From: a virus
Lineage: Duplodnaviria; Caudoviricetes
Direction: 5' to 3' (one strand)
DNA: 64,000 nt
IMG/VR virus record: IMGVR_UViG_3300027816_000103
Coordinates: 1,676-65,675 of that record
The notes beneath the pieces are model-generated. The model did not search any database. It was not told the origin of the DNA and was given only the letters and a program-made list of their open reading frames with translations. This document shows positions 20,653-30,669 of the stretch, in pieces. Every line of letters starts with the position of its first letter. The first letter of the stretch is position 1. A program made the translations under genes and the position numbers.

Positions 20653-21933
20653 TTACAGAACATCAACTGAGAAAGAAGACAATGGATTGTGCATACGTAG
20701 AGATAAGTTACCTCTTACATACCAATCCTTGAATCTTTCACGACTTCCGTTCATTCCTTCAGCCATTAAAGTACCACCCATTTCGAATTGTGGTAAACCA
20801 CGCATCTTAATTGGAGTGATAGTCTCTTGGTCTAATACAAGAAGACGTCTTGCCCAAGAAGAAGGGAAACATGAAGGCTCGCGGAACAATTCACAAGGAA
20901 CTGGAACAAACTTCATTCCTCCAAAATCGTATTCCATAAGACCTAACTTAGCGATAGAGTCATTTGGAGTGTAACGAAGTCCAGGAACTTTGTAGATTTT
21001 GCTCAATTCATGAAGAATTTCCTGAGTACCATAGATGAAACGAGTTGCACCTTCAGCCTTGAAGTTAGTTTGAAGAGCAAGAGTTTCAAATGTTGACTGT
21101 AAACCTGCAAGGGTAGTAGTACCGGAAGCAGACTGAGCGTTAACCATTGTAGGATAGATACCCCACATTGTCTTTGCAGCGTTGTTGTTAGAGATTGAGA
21201 ATTCTCCTCCTTCACCATTGAAAAGAATGTTGAACATATCAGTACGGATAGCTTTTACTAAGTTCTCGCGATCAATGTCAAGATAATTAGTAGTACCCAT
21301 GTTCTGAAACTTCAACAATTCAACACGATCCCAACGCTTTGCGCGACAGAAAAGGTGAACAAAATTGTAACGAGTGATTACGTTAGTTCTTTCGTAGATT
21401 GAGAAATAATCAAGACCATCAGCATCAATAGATGACATGATAGCGAATACATCTCCTACTGCTGTAGCAGGTAAACCTTGACCTGTTACAGAACCTACTG
21501 TGATTTGATTACCACCAAGAAGTGCTTTTACAACACCTTTTTCATTGGTTGGGTAAACAATAATCATGTCAGGAGAAACGTAACCATAAGTAGCAGCAGT
21601 TAAAGTAACAGTTTGAGTTACTTGAGTGTTAGGAACACCTGGAACAGCAGCAGCGATAGCGTTACTCTCAAGAGCAGTTCTGTGGAAAGTTTGCTCTTTG
21701 TATTCGAATTCATCAGAACCAACTTCTTCAAATTCTTTTTGGAAGATGATTTTTAACGCATTATACTGAGCAGGAGCTGCATCAAATATTTCACGTTGGA
21801 TTTCTTTTGCAATCAGGTCAGTCTCAGTTGGAGAAAACGCTGATAATGCAGGGTAAAACGAACCATCAGGATTTGCCTGTAGAAGTCCGTACGGCGCGTT
21901 CTGTGCGCCTGGGGTGTAAGCATTTTGTGACAT
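20653..21933 (-). CDS. Major capsid protein (HK97 fold)
   Basis: 426 aa after portal and scaffold; E-loop-like EFEYKEQTF; highly-expressed-style codons (TTC, AAC, CGT); terminator directly after. Confidence 0.85.
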   Translation of the reverse strand: MSQNAYTPGAQNAPYGLLQANPDGSFYPALSAFSPTETDLIAKEIQREIFDAAPAQYNALKIIFQKEFEEVGSDEFEYKEQTFHRTALESNAIAAAVPGVPNTQVTQTVTLTAATYGYVSPDMIIVYPTNEKGVVKALLGGNQITVGSVTGQGLPATAVGDVFAIMSSIDADGLDYFSIYERTNVITRYNFVHLFCRAKRWDRVELLKFQNMGTTNYLDIDRENLVKAIRTDMFNILFNGEGGEFSISNNNAAKTMWGIYPTMVNAQSASGTTTLAGLQSTFETLALQTNFKAEGATRFIYGTQEILHELSKIYKVPGLRYTPNDSIAKLGLMEYDFGGMKFVPVPCELFREPSCFPSSWARRLLVLDQETITPIKMRGLPQFEMGGTLMAEGMNGSRERFKDWYVRGNLSLRMHNPLSSFSVDVL

Positions 21934-21959
21934 TTGCTAAATTTTTGTTTTTTTTGTTT

Positions 21960-23180
21960 TTAAAAGGTTGATTTTCTTCCTCCCATACCTTTGATAAAAG
22001 TCTTCGCTTTTTCAAATTGCTCTGAATGTTTGCTTGGAGCTGAATTACCATTGGTTTGTTTTTTCGGTGGTGTTGTGGGAGAACGTCTAATGAATTCTTC
22101 ATTCATCTTGGTTTCAACACGCAATTCGGCAGCTTCTATTGCACTACGGAGTTCTTGCTCTCCGTACTTAAGTAGCATAAGTTTCTTGGCTGCATCGGAC
22201 TTATAGCTACCATCACTATTCAAGAATTCGGACAATATGTTCCCACCTTCAAGGACTTGGGTGACTTCATTAACCACCGTAAGGTCCACATCAGGGAAGG
22301 ACTGTCTTAACGCTTGTACGGAACCATCTATTGATTTTTTCTGCCTATCAAGTTTTAATTTGGCGTCTTCAATTCTGGCACGTTTTGCATTTTTCTCGGC
22401 TTCTTGTTTCGCGATAAATTTTTCTTTTGCTGTTTGTTCAGCTATTTCTAAAGCTGTTGGTTTATCATCAGATTCAAAATCATCATCTGTAAACTTTCCT
22501 GGAAAGTAATAGTCTACAAGTGTTTTTGTATCAATGCTATCAACAGGCTTACTAATATCAAACGGAACAGAGGTATTTACAACTTTTCTCCAATCCTGTC
22601 CATTATAATATGTTTGTATAGCTTCTAAAAGGTCTGGTTCAAGATTTTCAAATATATCTTGAAACTGAGATACTTTCTTTTCTGTTTCAGATAGTTTTTG
22701 AGAGTCTGCCCTCCATTTGTCAACAGATTTAACTACTTTAGCGTAGTCTCCTTTATCTTTTATTTCAATTCCCCACTTCTTTGAAAACTTTGCAAAATCA
22801 TCAAGAGATTCAATTGTAATGTTCTCTTGTTTTTCCTGCTTCTTTGTTCCAAAAATGAGGCTTTTCTTTTCTTCTTTTGTGGTTTCAGTTTGTGGAGCTT
22901 CCGCGCCATCTGTCAATGAACCATCAATATTTTCTTCAACAACCTCTTCAGTTTTTACCTCTGTTTTTGGTTGTTGGTTTTGAGGTACACTTTTTTGTTG
23001 AGGTTGCTGAACTTGACCTTGAGTTTTTTCTCTTTCCTCAATAAGTCTTTTTTTAGCTTCCTCTACTCTTTGAGCTGAACCAGGATTAATTCCCTTCAAC
23101 ATATTCAGCTTCATCATATTAATGTCAGGTGCTTGAGCCTGTGGCTGTTCAACCTGATTACCTTGTTCCATATTTTCCAT
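21960..23180 (-). CDS. Capsid scaffolding protein
   Basis: 406 aa, charged and helical, between portal and capsid. Confidence 0.7.
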   Translation of the reverse strand: MENMEQGNQVEQPQAQAPDINMMKLNMLKGINPGSAQRVEEAKKRLIEEREKTQGQVQQPQQKSVPQNQQPKTEVKTEEVVEENIDGSLTDGAEAPQTETTKEEKKSLIFGTKKQEKQENITIESLDDFAKFSKKWGIEIKDKGDYAKVVKSVDKWRADSQKLSETEKKVSQFQDIFENLEPDLLEAIQTYYNGQDWRKVVNTSVPFDISKPVDSIDTKTLVDYYFPGKFTDDDFESDDKPTALEIAEQTAKEKFIAKQEAEKNAKRARIEDAKLKLDRQKKSIDGSVQALRQSFPDVDLTVVNEVTQVLEGGNILSEFLNSDGSYKSDAAKKLMLLKYGEQELRSAIEAAELRVETKMNEEFIRRSPTTPPKKQTNGNSAPSKHSEQFEKAKTFIKGMGGRKSTF

Positions 23181-23218
23181 TTATTCCTTTTGTAAATTTT
23201 AACAAAATTATATTTATT

Positions 23219-25498
23219 TTATCTATTTTGCAAGTCTTCAAATTGTTTTTTGGCTTCATCAGGTGTTATTTGTCCTGCTTTTGCCATATCACCTAAAGAC
23301 TTTGCGTACTTTTCTTTTAGTTTAAATTGTCTGTCTTTTTCTTTTTCCTCCGCGTTAACTGCTAGTGCAGACAACATTTCTCCCTCTTGAGCAGACTCTT
23401 GTTCTATCTGCTGCATTCCTTGCTGCCTAATCATTTCTTGTTGTTGAATAGCGGCATCTTTTTCTTGCATAATGGAAAGTATCTTGTTTTGTTTAGCGGC
23501 AGTTCTAAGAGCAGCAACAACATCTTGAGGAGTTGACCTACCATAAAGGTCAGCAAACTGTTCTTGATTAAGTAACTGCATCTGCAACATCATCATTAGC
23601 ATTTGGTTTCCAGAGTTGAGCAACATTTCATCAGTATTTGTTCTTGTTACAAAACAACGGAAATCTTCAATATTCATGTCTTTTGTAACATTAAATATCC
23701 TTACCCCTCCATCACCTGTTGCTATTGCCAATTGTCTTTCATTGTCGGCATATATTCTCTTTCCAACAGTAACTATACTTTGATACATTTGCTCAAATAT
23801 ATTTACTATGGCATTATAGAATGGCTCCTGCATTAAAGAACCTCTTTGTAATAACAATTGGGTGACGCCAACTAATTGATCTGAGCCTGTTGACTCTCCC
23901 TTTAGTGCCTCGTTAACACCGGTAACATCTTGAACGTGCTTTGACATCATATCAAGCATATTGAATATCACCATTGTTCCTTGTCTTACTGTTCCATCAT
24001 AGTTTCCTACAACATTCTGAATTCCCCTTCCCCTAGCATCAACAATAATAGGCTTTGACAAGTTCATGTTTCTCAAAGTCTCTTGTTCTCCCATGTCAGG
24101 ATCAACAACTGACCTATCAACAATAGTTCCTGCTCCCCTTGAGTTGTTAACTTGATTTTCTGCTATTGAAAACAATCTATTTATAAATCTTTGTGGGTCA
24201 ATAACGTCATCAATAGGAGACAATACTTCACCATCTACATATCCCCAACAATAAGTTTTATAAGGAAATTTAACGTGGTTATAATCATAAACATCAGTTT
24301 CTTGATAAGGAACAATTCCCCATTCAAGCATTACATCTTTTTTATCTTCTTTCTTTGAGTCTGTAGGATAAGCTAAACATTCAACAGGAATAATAATTCC
24401 CTGTCTTAATGTTTCAATATACATATTGGCTTTTTTATTTCCTTTTAATCTTGTTCTTGATATTTCATTATTTACTTCAATCAAGTCTTTATCTGTATAT
24501 CTTGGCTTGTCTTCTCCAGGATAAGTGAAATTTATCTTTGTAAAATGAGGATAACCAAACTTATCATATACATATCCCATTTCATACTTTTCGGTATCTT
24601 TCCAATAGTTATGATAAACAGGAACCCTACCATTTGGAGCATACATATTATTATTAAATGTATTGTTGCTCATTGAAGTGTTGGCAGACCATGTAACAGA
24701 GAAATTTTCAATAGCTTTTTTCTGATAATCAGGAATGTTTGGCCATTGTTCAAATATCTCTTCTGGAGTCATATATTCAACCTCTCCCATGTATGAAGCA
24801 TCATTCAAGTCTGGGTAAATAGCAGTTCTGTCAAAGTAGAAGTTTTCCGCCTTGATTTGCTTAAATACCTGTTGAGCAGCATATTCAAATTCTTTTATAA
24901 TACCTATTCCATTCAAAGCAAGGTCAAGAGCAAGTAAAGGTTGAAGGTTGTGAAATTTATTGTATTTTTCCACATACTCAACAAGATAATTCATCACCTT
25001 TTCATACTGATCTACATACAAATTATCAAACATTATCTCTGTTTCTTCCATGTTTTTTCCAATAGGAAGTTTTTCTCTCAAAAAGTCTCCAAAAGGACCT
25101 TCTGCCATCTCTGTATAAAAATACATTTCAGATAGTTTCTTTTCTCTTCTTGAAACAGCTCTCGATGATATACTTTGAACTTTAAAATTAATAGCCATAC
25201 GAACAGCATTCCCTCTGAACTGTTCAACTATTGGTCTAATAATGTTCTTTGTTAATTTTAAACGATTTCTTTCATTTCCCTCGTCATCCTTCAAGAAAGA
25301 CTCAAGGTCAACATCAAAAACCCATTGGTCATTGATGTAAAATCTTTTGTTTATCCAAGCCTTGTCTAAAAACCTTGCGTGTTGAGGCGTGTTAGCAGCA
25401 GACAAACAATAACGCGACCACTTTCTATGGTAGTCAATGTCTTTTTCTTCTGTTAAAGTGTTTGGCCTTGGCTCTGATTGAGGGAATAAGAATAACAT
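23219..25498 (-). CDS. Portal protein
   Basis: 759 aa, NIIRPIVEQFRG, Gln-rich C-terminal barrel; located between terminase and scaffold. Confidence 0.85.
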   Translation of the reverse strand: MLFLFPQSEPRPNTLTEEKDIDYHRKWSRYCLSAANTPQHARFLDKAWINKRFYINDQWVFDVDLESFLKDDEGNERNRLKLTKNIIRPIVEQFRGNAVRMAINFKVQSISSRAVSRREKKLSEMYFYTEMAEGPFGDFLREKLPIGKNMEETEIMFDNLYVDQYEKVMNYLVEYVEKYNKFHNLQPLLALDLALNGIGIIKEFEYAAQQVFKQIKAENFYFDRTAIYPDLNDASYMGEVEYMTPEEIFEQWPNIPDYQKKAIENFSVTWSANTSMSNNTFNNNMYAPNGRVPVYHNYWKDTEKYEMGYVYDKFGYPHFTKINFTYPGEDKPRYTDKDLIEVNNEISRTRLKGNKKANMYIETLRQGIIIPVECLAYPTDSKKEDKKDVMLEWGIVPYQETDVYDYNHVKFPYKTYCWGYVDGEVLSPIDDVIDPQRFINRLFSIAENQVNNSRGAGTIVDRSVVDPDMGEQETLRNMNLSKPIIVDARGRGIQNVVGNYDGTVRQGTMVIFNMLDMMSKHVQDVTGVNEALKGESTGSDQLVGVTQLLLQRGSLMQEPFYNAIVNIFEQMYQSIVTVGKRIYADNERQLAIATGDGGVRIFNVTKDMNIEDFRCFVTRTNTDEMLLNSGNQMLMMMLQMQLLNQEQFADLYGRSTPQDVVAALRTAAKQNKILSIMQEKDAAIQQQEMIRQQGMQQIEQESAQEGEMLSALAVNAEEKEKDRQFKLKEKYAKSLGDMAKAGQITPDEAKKQFEDLQNR

Positions 25499-25500
25499 TT

Positions 25501-26094
25501 TTAGTCTTTTATTTTATGGAATTTTTCTATTGATTTTTCTCCTGGCTTTTTATCCTTGTCTTTGGTTGTAACTCCAAATCCTTGTTCTGCTGTTGCTATT
25601 AAATCAGGCAACATCTGTGAAGTTGTCCTACAAAAATTAGCATACTGATTTCTTGCTGACCAATCTACTTTTTTTGTTGGATTTCCCTCGTTATCAAATT
25701 GTATAAAGTCATCATCTGATACATCTACCATTCTCTCAAGATTAACAATCATCTTCTCAATCATTTTTTTAGACCTAGACCTAAATTCGGGCCTCATTGA
25801 CTTCCATTTTTCGATTGCATCTTGAATATAAGAAGGCCATTTTTTAGATAGCCACATTAAATAGAATTCTTTTTCTACATTATCAGAACTTTCAAAAACA
25901 GCTTTTATTGATAATTCAACTGATTTTTCGTGTCCTAATGTTAAAAAATAATATGGAGATGTTGGATTAGAATAGTACCAAGTAAGCAATAATTCATTTT
26001 TTGTGAGAGGCTTAAACTGGACAATATCATGTAATTCTGGATATTGAATCCTTAAATCTTTGTTATTTTTAGGTTCATATAAAACCTCACTCAT
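25501..26094 (-). CDS. Hypothetical packaging-module protein (possible terminase small subunit)
   Basis: 197 aa between TerL and portal; function inferred from position only. Confidence 0.5.
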   Translation of the reverse strand: MSEVLYEPKNNKDLRIQYPELHDIVQFKPLTKNELLLTWYYSNPTSPYYFLTLGHEKSVELSIKAVFESSDNVEKEFYLMWLSKKWPSYIQDAIEKWKSMRPEFRSRSKKMIEKMIVNLERMVDVSDDDFIQFDNEGNPTKKVDWSARNQYANFCRTTSQMLPDLIATAEQGFGVTTKDKDKKPGEKSIEKFHKIKD

Positions 26095-28277
26095 ATCTTT
26101 TTCTTTATGTTAACTCTTTTTAAATTCCAATTTTTATCATAAGCTAATCTGCTCACAATTTTTAATTTTTTACTCTCAACTGCCTTATTTTCACAAACTT
26201 TGTTTGGAAAAGAAAGCATACAAATATACGAAAAAGCTGTTGCATCCAAAACATCATCTCGATGATACCTTCTATCTATTGGCCCCCACGTCTCTTTTCC
26301 TGTTCCTGTTATCTCACAAGTAAATGTTTTTAATTGATAATAGAATATAGGCATATATATCCTTTCTCCGTATATATTTATTAATTCAAATAGTTTATCA
26401 ACAACAAGTCTTTTCCTGCGCTCCTTTGTGTCAATACCAACCAAAAGATTTGAAGAAGTCCTAAACATTTGTGGTAATTCTGAATTTAAAACAAGTGAAT
26501 TCTCAAAATTTCTACCCTTACTTATTTTATATTGCCTATATGCCATCCCAATATTTGATTCAAGTAATTCTGGTATAGGATTCACTCCATCGCTTGAATA
26601 GAATAAACCAAGCAACATTACTTGTAAATATATATAGTGAGTATCTGTACTTCTAAAATTTAATGTTGCTGTTATTGTGCTATATTCTTTATCCCACACG
26701 CATGAAGCCATATTTGACAATCCTGCATCAGAAGCAATAGGGTCAGTTCCTTGATAATACCTGTTTACCCAACCCTTTTCCGGCATCAAGAATATGGAAA
26801 CAGTTTTTCTTGGATCATTGTCCTCTGTTGGAATAAAGTTAGCGCCTATTACTTTATAAGGAATATCGGAACTTTCATCGTAAGGTTGGGAATAATCAAA
26901 AACAGGCTCAAAATATCCATTCTTTATAATTGTATTAGACCTTGCTATTCTTGTTATCTGATTATTTATAAAAGAGCCATCTACAAGTGTCTTTGCTTGT
27001 GTCATGAACACATCATCAAGAGTTGTAGGGTATTGTTGGTGGAATTCTATCTTTGATTTCTCCGCATCAGGACCATCTTTACTATAAAATATATTTTTCA
27101 TAGTATCGTAGAAAGATTGGTCTATTCCAGGTCTTGTTGTCCAATCAAAGAATATAGGAACTATACATGGCCTAAAGTCTCTTTCGTTCCATTTCTTGTA
27201 TACAGACATAAATTCTGTGTAAAGAGCCTGTCCGCCTTTTGCCATTTCCCCTCCTGTACCCCAAGCTATAAATCTTCTCAACATTTTTATCTTTCCTGTT
27301 GAAGCATCCTTTCTAAATAATGTTGGCATTCCATTCTCCAATATTCGTGAGAGTATTCTAATATTTCCCGCCTCATCTATAAATATCTCTGAAGGAGATC
27401 CACCGGAAATAGCTGTTTCAGTTGGAGCTGCTACCTGCATCCTTGAGTTAGCACCCTCTTTCTCACCCTTTTTACCATAACCAAATGCAAATGTATTTTG
27501 GGAAGAGTTTTTAACTGTCGGTCTCATGAACTCTGGAAGTTCAGTATAAGGATATTGCACCTTATCATTAAAAATCTCTATACCTTTTTCCTCATCTTGA
27601 GTAATAAACTTTATAAAATGGTTTCTTCTGAAGATTAGGCTTTTAAGCGCACAAGCATTCAGCGTAGTAGTTGCAGCAACCTGTCTTGGTTTAACAAATA
27701 TAATATTGTAGCCACAATCATATAAATATATCAATGTTCTTAATGAAGGTGTACTCTTATATTTAAAAGAGCCTCTTTCTTCCTCAGAATCTTTTACATA
27801 TAGGTATTTATCTATAAAGTAAAGGGTATTTTCGTAGCACCTGTCAATCTCTTGCATCTCATACTCTTCATCATCTAAATTCTCATTCTTCTCCTGCGAC
27901 ATCCAATAATCAGCCTGATTACAATACAACTCAAACTTTTCGTAATAAACCCTGTTTTTAAAGCCTGAGTTTATAGAGTCAACAAATTCTACAAAGTCTT
28001 TTTCATGTTCTGTCTTAGATTCTGGTAGCCACTCTTCTCTTGTAATATCAGACCTTAATCTTCTATTACTCTCTTTCTCCTTTAATTCTTTTCTCGCTAA
28101 CTCTTTTATAGATACTTCTTCCTCTTCTGTATTAGCAAATACATAGTTTTTGTCTGCAATTAATCCATTATCAGACAATATTTTTAACTTCTTTTTATCT
28201 AAATCAGTTCCACTATCGTACAACTGCTTTAAAAATGATAAGTATTTATCTGATATTACTTTGTTTTCCAATTCCAT
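26091..28277 (-). CDS. terL: Terminase large subunit
   Basis: Walker A-like VKPRQVAATT, Walker B IFIDEAG, motif III WGTGG, RNase H-type GTDP and DDVLDA. Confidence 0.9.
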   Translation of the reverse strand: MELENKVISDKYLSFLKQLYDSGTDLDKKKLKILSDNGLIADKNYVFANTEEEEVSIKELARKELKEKESNRRLRSDITREEWLPESKTEHEKDFVEFVDSINSGFKNRVYYEKFELYCNQADYWMSQEKNENLDDEEYEMQEIDRCYENTLYFIDKYLYVKDSEEERGSFKYKSTPSLRTLIYLYDCGYNIIFVKPRQVAATTTLNACALKSLIFRRNHFIKFITQDEEKGIEIFNDKVQYPYTELPEFMRPTVKNSSQNTFAFGYGKKGEKEGANSRMQVAAPTETAISGGSPSEIFIDEAGNIRILSRILENGMPTLFRKDASTGKIKMLRRFIAWGTGGEMAKGGQALYTEFMSVYKKWNERDFRPCIVPIFFDWTTRPGIDQSFYDTMKNIFYSKDGPDAEKSKIEFHQQYPTTLDDVFMTQAKTLVDGSFINNQITRIARSNTIIKNGYFEPVFDYSQPYDESSDIPYKVIGANFIPTEDNDPRKTVSIFLMPEKGWVNRYYQGTDPIASDAGLSNMASCVWDKEYSTITATLNFRSTDTHYIYLQVMLLGLFYSSDGVNPIPELLESNIGMAYRQYKISKGRNFENSLVLNSELPQMFRTSSNLLVGIDTKERRKRLVVDKLFELINIYGERIYMPIFYYQLKTFTCEITGTGKETWGPIDRRYHRDDVLDATAFSYICMLSFPNKVCENKAVESKKLKIVSRLAYDKNWNLKRVNIKKKI

Positions 28278-29052
28278 CTCTCAGTTCTTTTTGTATTATT
28301 CCAAGTAAATTTTCCAATTTCTCAATTAATCTTTTTTCTTTATTTTTTATGCTTATTGTCTTTACAATCATTGGTCCATCGGGAGGCAAAATAAAATCAG
28401 TATTATTTATTACAATAAGATCTCCTATACAACTATGCAACATTTTTACAGCATCAAATAAAAAGTTACTTTTTGCCGTAGAACTATTTATTTGTGGAAC
28501 ACTTCTTTTATGTATTCTTGCAACTTTTGAATAAACAAGATTCTTTTGCTTTCTTTTTGTTCCAAACATCTCAAAAACATCATCATTTATTTCGTCAATA
28601 AATTCTATTATATTCTTACTATATTTATATGAATTATCTATAAAGCATAAAAGGAAACTGCCATTTTCAATATATTGCAAAGTTTTACATACGCTTATTT
28701 GTATATGTTTAATTTTAAAATTATAATCCGCCAATTTTATACTTACATCTAAATCTGAATAACTTGTTCCCTCTTCCCATCTATTATCTGGACACTTTTC
28801 CAACAATGACCTTGTTTTAGCTGCTATAGGACATTTACATAATCCGCATACAGAACCTTTTTTTAACTTTTGTTTTAAAGCCTTATTTGTTACTGTGTCA
28901 ACTATTGCCTCAACAAACTTTGATTGTTCTATATGAGTACATTGAGCACACTTTAATGCTCTTGATATTGCAATAGTTTCAATAGCTTGTGAAGGAAAAA
29001 TTAAATTACCCCAACCATTTATTATACTTCTTAAATTAAAAACTTTACTCAT
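28246..29052 (-). CDS. Zn-ribbon hypothetical protein (start re-called at ATG 29052)
   Basis: CAQC...CGLCKCPIAAKTRSLLEKCPDNRW; the promoter box overlaps the track's non-ATG start. Confidence 0.6.
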   Translation of the reverse strand: MSKVFNLRSIINGWGNLIFPSQAIETIAISRALKCAQCTHIEQSKFVEAIVDTVTNKALKQKLKKGSVCGLCKCPIAAKTRSLLEKCPDNRWEEGTSYSDLDVSIKLADYNFKIKHIQISVCKTLQYIENGSFLLCFIDNSYKYSKNIIEFIDEINDDVFEMFGTKRKQKNLVYSKVARIHKRSVPQINSSTAKSNFLFDAVKMLHSCIGDLIVINNTDFILPPDGPMIVKTISIKNKEKRLIEKLENLLGIIQKELRDGIGKQSNIR

Positions 29053-29058
29053 ATATTG

Positions 29059-29066
29059 CAAAAATA
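29059..29066 (-). promoter_or_regulatory. Late-arm -7 promoter box TATTTTTG
   Basis: TTAACA-N10-TATTTTTG just upstream of ATG 29052. Confidence 0.6.
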
Positions 29067-29085
29067 GTTATTTATTTGTTAAAAC

Positions 29086-29215
29086 GTTAACTATACAATT
29101 GTCAATAGTAATTAGTTAACTATAATTAACTAGCGAACTATATAACTTTGAATAAATAGATAACTGTTTAACTAGCGAACTCAATAACTATAGGCTATAT
29201 ATAAATTTGTAACTC
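29086..29215. repeat. Iteron-like TAACT / TTAACTAGCGAACT repeats (candidate origin)
   Basis: Exact 14-bp repeat at 29126-29139 and 29168-29181, plus several TAACT copies in the AT-rich divergent intergenic region. Confidence 0.55.
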
Positions 29216-29299
29216 TTGAGTAGTGGTTGTCAATAATTATTTTTAAAAGAAAAGAAAAGGAAAAAAGAAACAAGTCAGAGAAGAAACTTAAAAAGGAAA

Positions 29300-29560
29300 A
29301 GAAAAGAAAAAGCTCCCCCGAAAACTTATCTTAACCTGATTTGCTCCTCAAAGGAGCATTTACCTGGTCCAACATTATCTCTAATGAAGTTTGCCTTTTA
29401 CAATCACCTTTGGCTTTGATGATGTTGGTTTAAATACAATCAAGAGGAATAAAAAGGAGGCAAGCCGTTGTAACAAAGCGCACTCATGGACAAAAGACCA
29501 TAATTACTCAACGACTTGCCTATATGATTAGTAAATTTTAAATCCATCGCGCTAACTTTG
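29300..29560 (-). ncRNA. Candidate structured RNA or late-leader RNA
   Basis: Follows promoter box 29567-29574; 13-bp stem (29458-29470/29509-29521) with one G-U pair on the minus strand; hairpin TGCTCCT-N3-AGGAGCA at 29343-29359. Confidence 0.35.
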
Positions 29561-29566
29561 TTAAGG

Positions 29567-29574
29567 CAAATGTA
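29567..29574 (-). promoter_or_regulatory. -7 promoter box TACATTTG with upstream TTTG
   Basis: Minus strand TTGTTTG...TACATTTG; no ORF within about 500 nt downstream. Confidence 0.55.
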
Positions 29575-29640
29575 TATACTATTATTTAAACAAACAAGCA
29601 ATATTTTCAATCAATTTTGATTTTTAACAAATATTTTTTA

Positions 29641-29648
29641 TAAATTTG
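29641..29648 (+). promoter_or_regulatory. -7 promoter box TAAATTTG
   Basis: TTAACA-N11-TAAATTTG before ORF 29680. Confidence 0.55.
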
Positions 29649-29679
29649 TGGCAATTAATAACTTAAATAAAAATAATTT

Positions 29680-29928
29680 ATGCCCTCAAACCAACAATTC
29701 GTTAACACAAATACAGCAACTTGTGTTAATCCACAGCCTGTTAATATGGCAGATTGTTTAGCTTTTTCATCAGCAGATGCTTCTGCTCTTCCAAATGCTA
29801 ATCCTGCATATTACTACATTGTGTTTAAAATGGTTAATGGTGTAGATGTGAAATGGTCATATACGGATTCAACTGATAGAGATACTGATTACGCAAATGT
29901 AATAGTAGCAGTAGCAACAACTGTTTAA
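29680..29928 (+). CDS. Small hypothetical protein, paralog 1
   Basis: Aligns by eye with 29948..30193 (PAYYYIVFKM..KWSY..DRD versus PAKYLIVFNM..KWNY..DRN). Confidence 0.75.
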   Translation: MPSNQQFVNTNTATCVNPQPVNMADCLAFSSADASALPNANPAYYYIVFKMVNGVDVKWSYTDSTDRDTDYANVIVAVATTV

Positions 29929-29947
29929 CAATTAAAAATTAAAAATT

Positions 29948-30193
29948 ATGCCAGTAAATAACGATCAGTTTTTAATGTCAACTTACGCTACTGATGCAAA
30001 ACCAATAAACGCTAATGAATGTGGCGCTATTCAAAAATTAGATTTACCTGCAATTCCAAATTCAACACCTGCAAAATATTTGATTGTTTTCAATATGAAT
30101 GATGGAAATACTTATAAATGGAACTATCAAAAAATAGGAGATAGGAACGCAGAGTATAACAACATACAAGCTGTTATTACACAAACAGTATAA
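29948..30193 (+). CDS. Small hypothetical protein, paralog 2
   Basis: Tandem paralog of 29680..29928. Confidence 0.75.
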   Translation: MPVNNDQFLMSTYATDAKPINANECGAIQKLDLPAIPNSTPAKYLIVFNMNDGNTYKWNYQKIGDRNAEYNNIQAVITQTV

Positions 30194-30252
30194 AAAACAT
30201 TGTTGGGAACTCAGACAGAATCTGAGGATTCGACAATACATAAAATAAACTT

Positions 30253-30282
30253 CCGAGTGGCCAACTACCACTCGGTTTTTTT
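30253..30282 (+). terminator. Intrinsic terminator
   Basis: CCGAGTGG-CCAACTA-CCACTCGG followed by a T run. Confidence 0.85.
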
Positions 30283-30294
30283 TAAATACAAAAC

Positions 30295-30669
30295 ATGACA
30301 AAAAAATACTTAAACATTTTTGACCTATCTCTATATCCTAATGCTACAGTTTTTATAATATCAGCAAAAGAATATGGAAAGATAGTATCAATAAATTACG
30401 AGTTAAATACAGTAACCGTAAAATTATCAAACGGAAATAAAGAAGTATTTCATCCATCAAGAATAAGGCTGTGCCTTATAGATGTACAATCAATACACAA
30501 GCATATATCAGAAGAATCAGAAAGAATAGGTAAAGAAGAAGGAGAAGAAATAGAAATGCTATACATGATTAAAAAGAATGTAGATGTATTTGGTTGGATA
30601 GAAAAAAAACTAGCTGTCAAGAAAAAAAGGTCCTTTAACAAAAATTGTGTTGTGGAACAAAATAACTAA
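30295..30669 (+). CDS. Hypothetical protein
   Basis: 124-aa ORF with AAAAC-ATG leader. Confidence 0.6.
   Translation: MTKKYLNIFDLSLYPNATVFIISAKEYGKIVSINYELNTVTVKLSNGNKEVFHPSRIRLCLIDVQSIHKHISEESERIGKEEGEEIEMLYMIKKNVDVFGWIEKKLAVKKKRSFNKNCVVEQNN

Noticed and set aside
859-28534. Short + strand ORFs within the late arm (e.g. 4011, 5353, 7045, 14360, 20645)
   Set aside because: They are antisense shadows of long minus-strand genes, with Phe/Ser/Leu-rich composition.
30198-30282. tRNA gene
   Set aside because: Two simple hairpins only; no cloverleaf or T-loop consensus.
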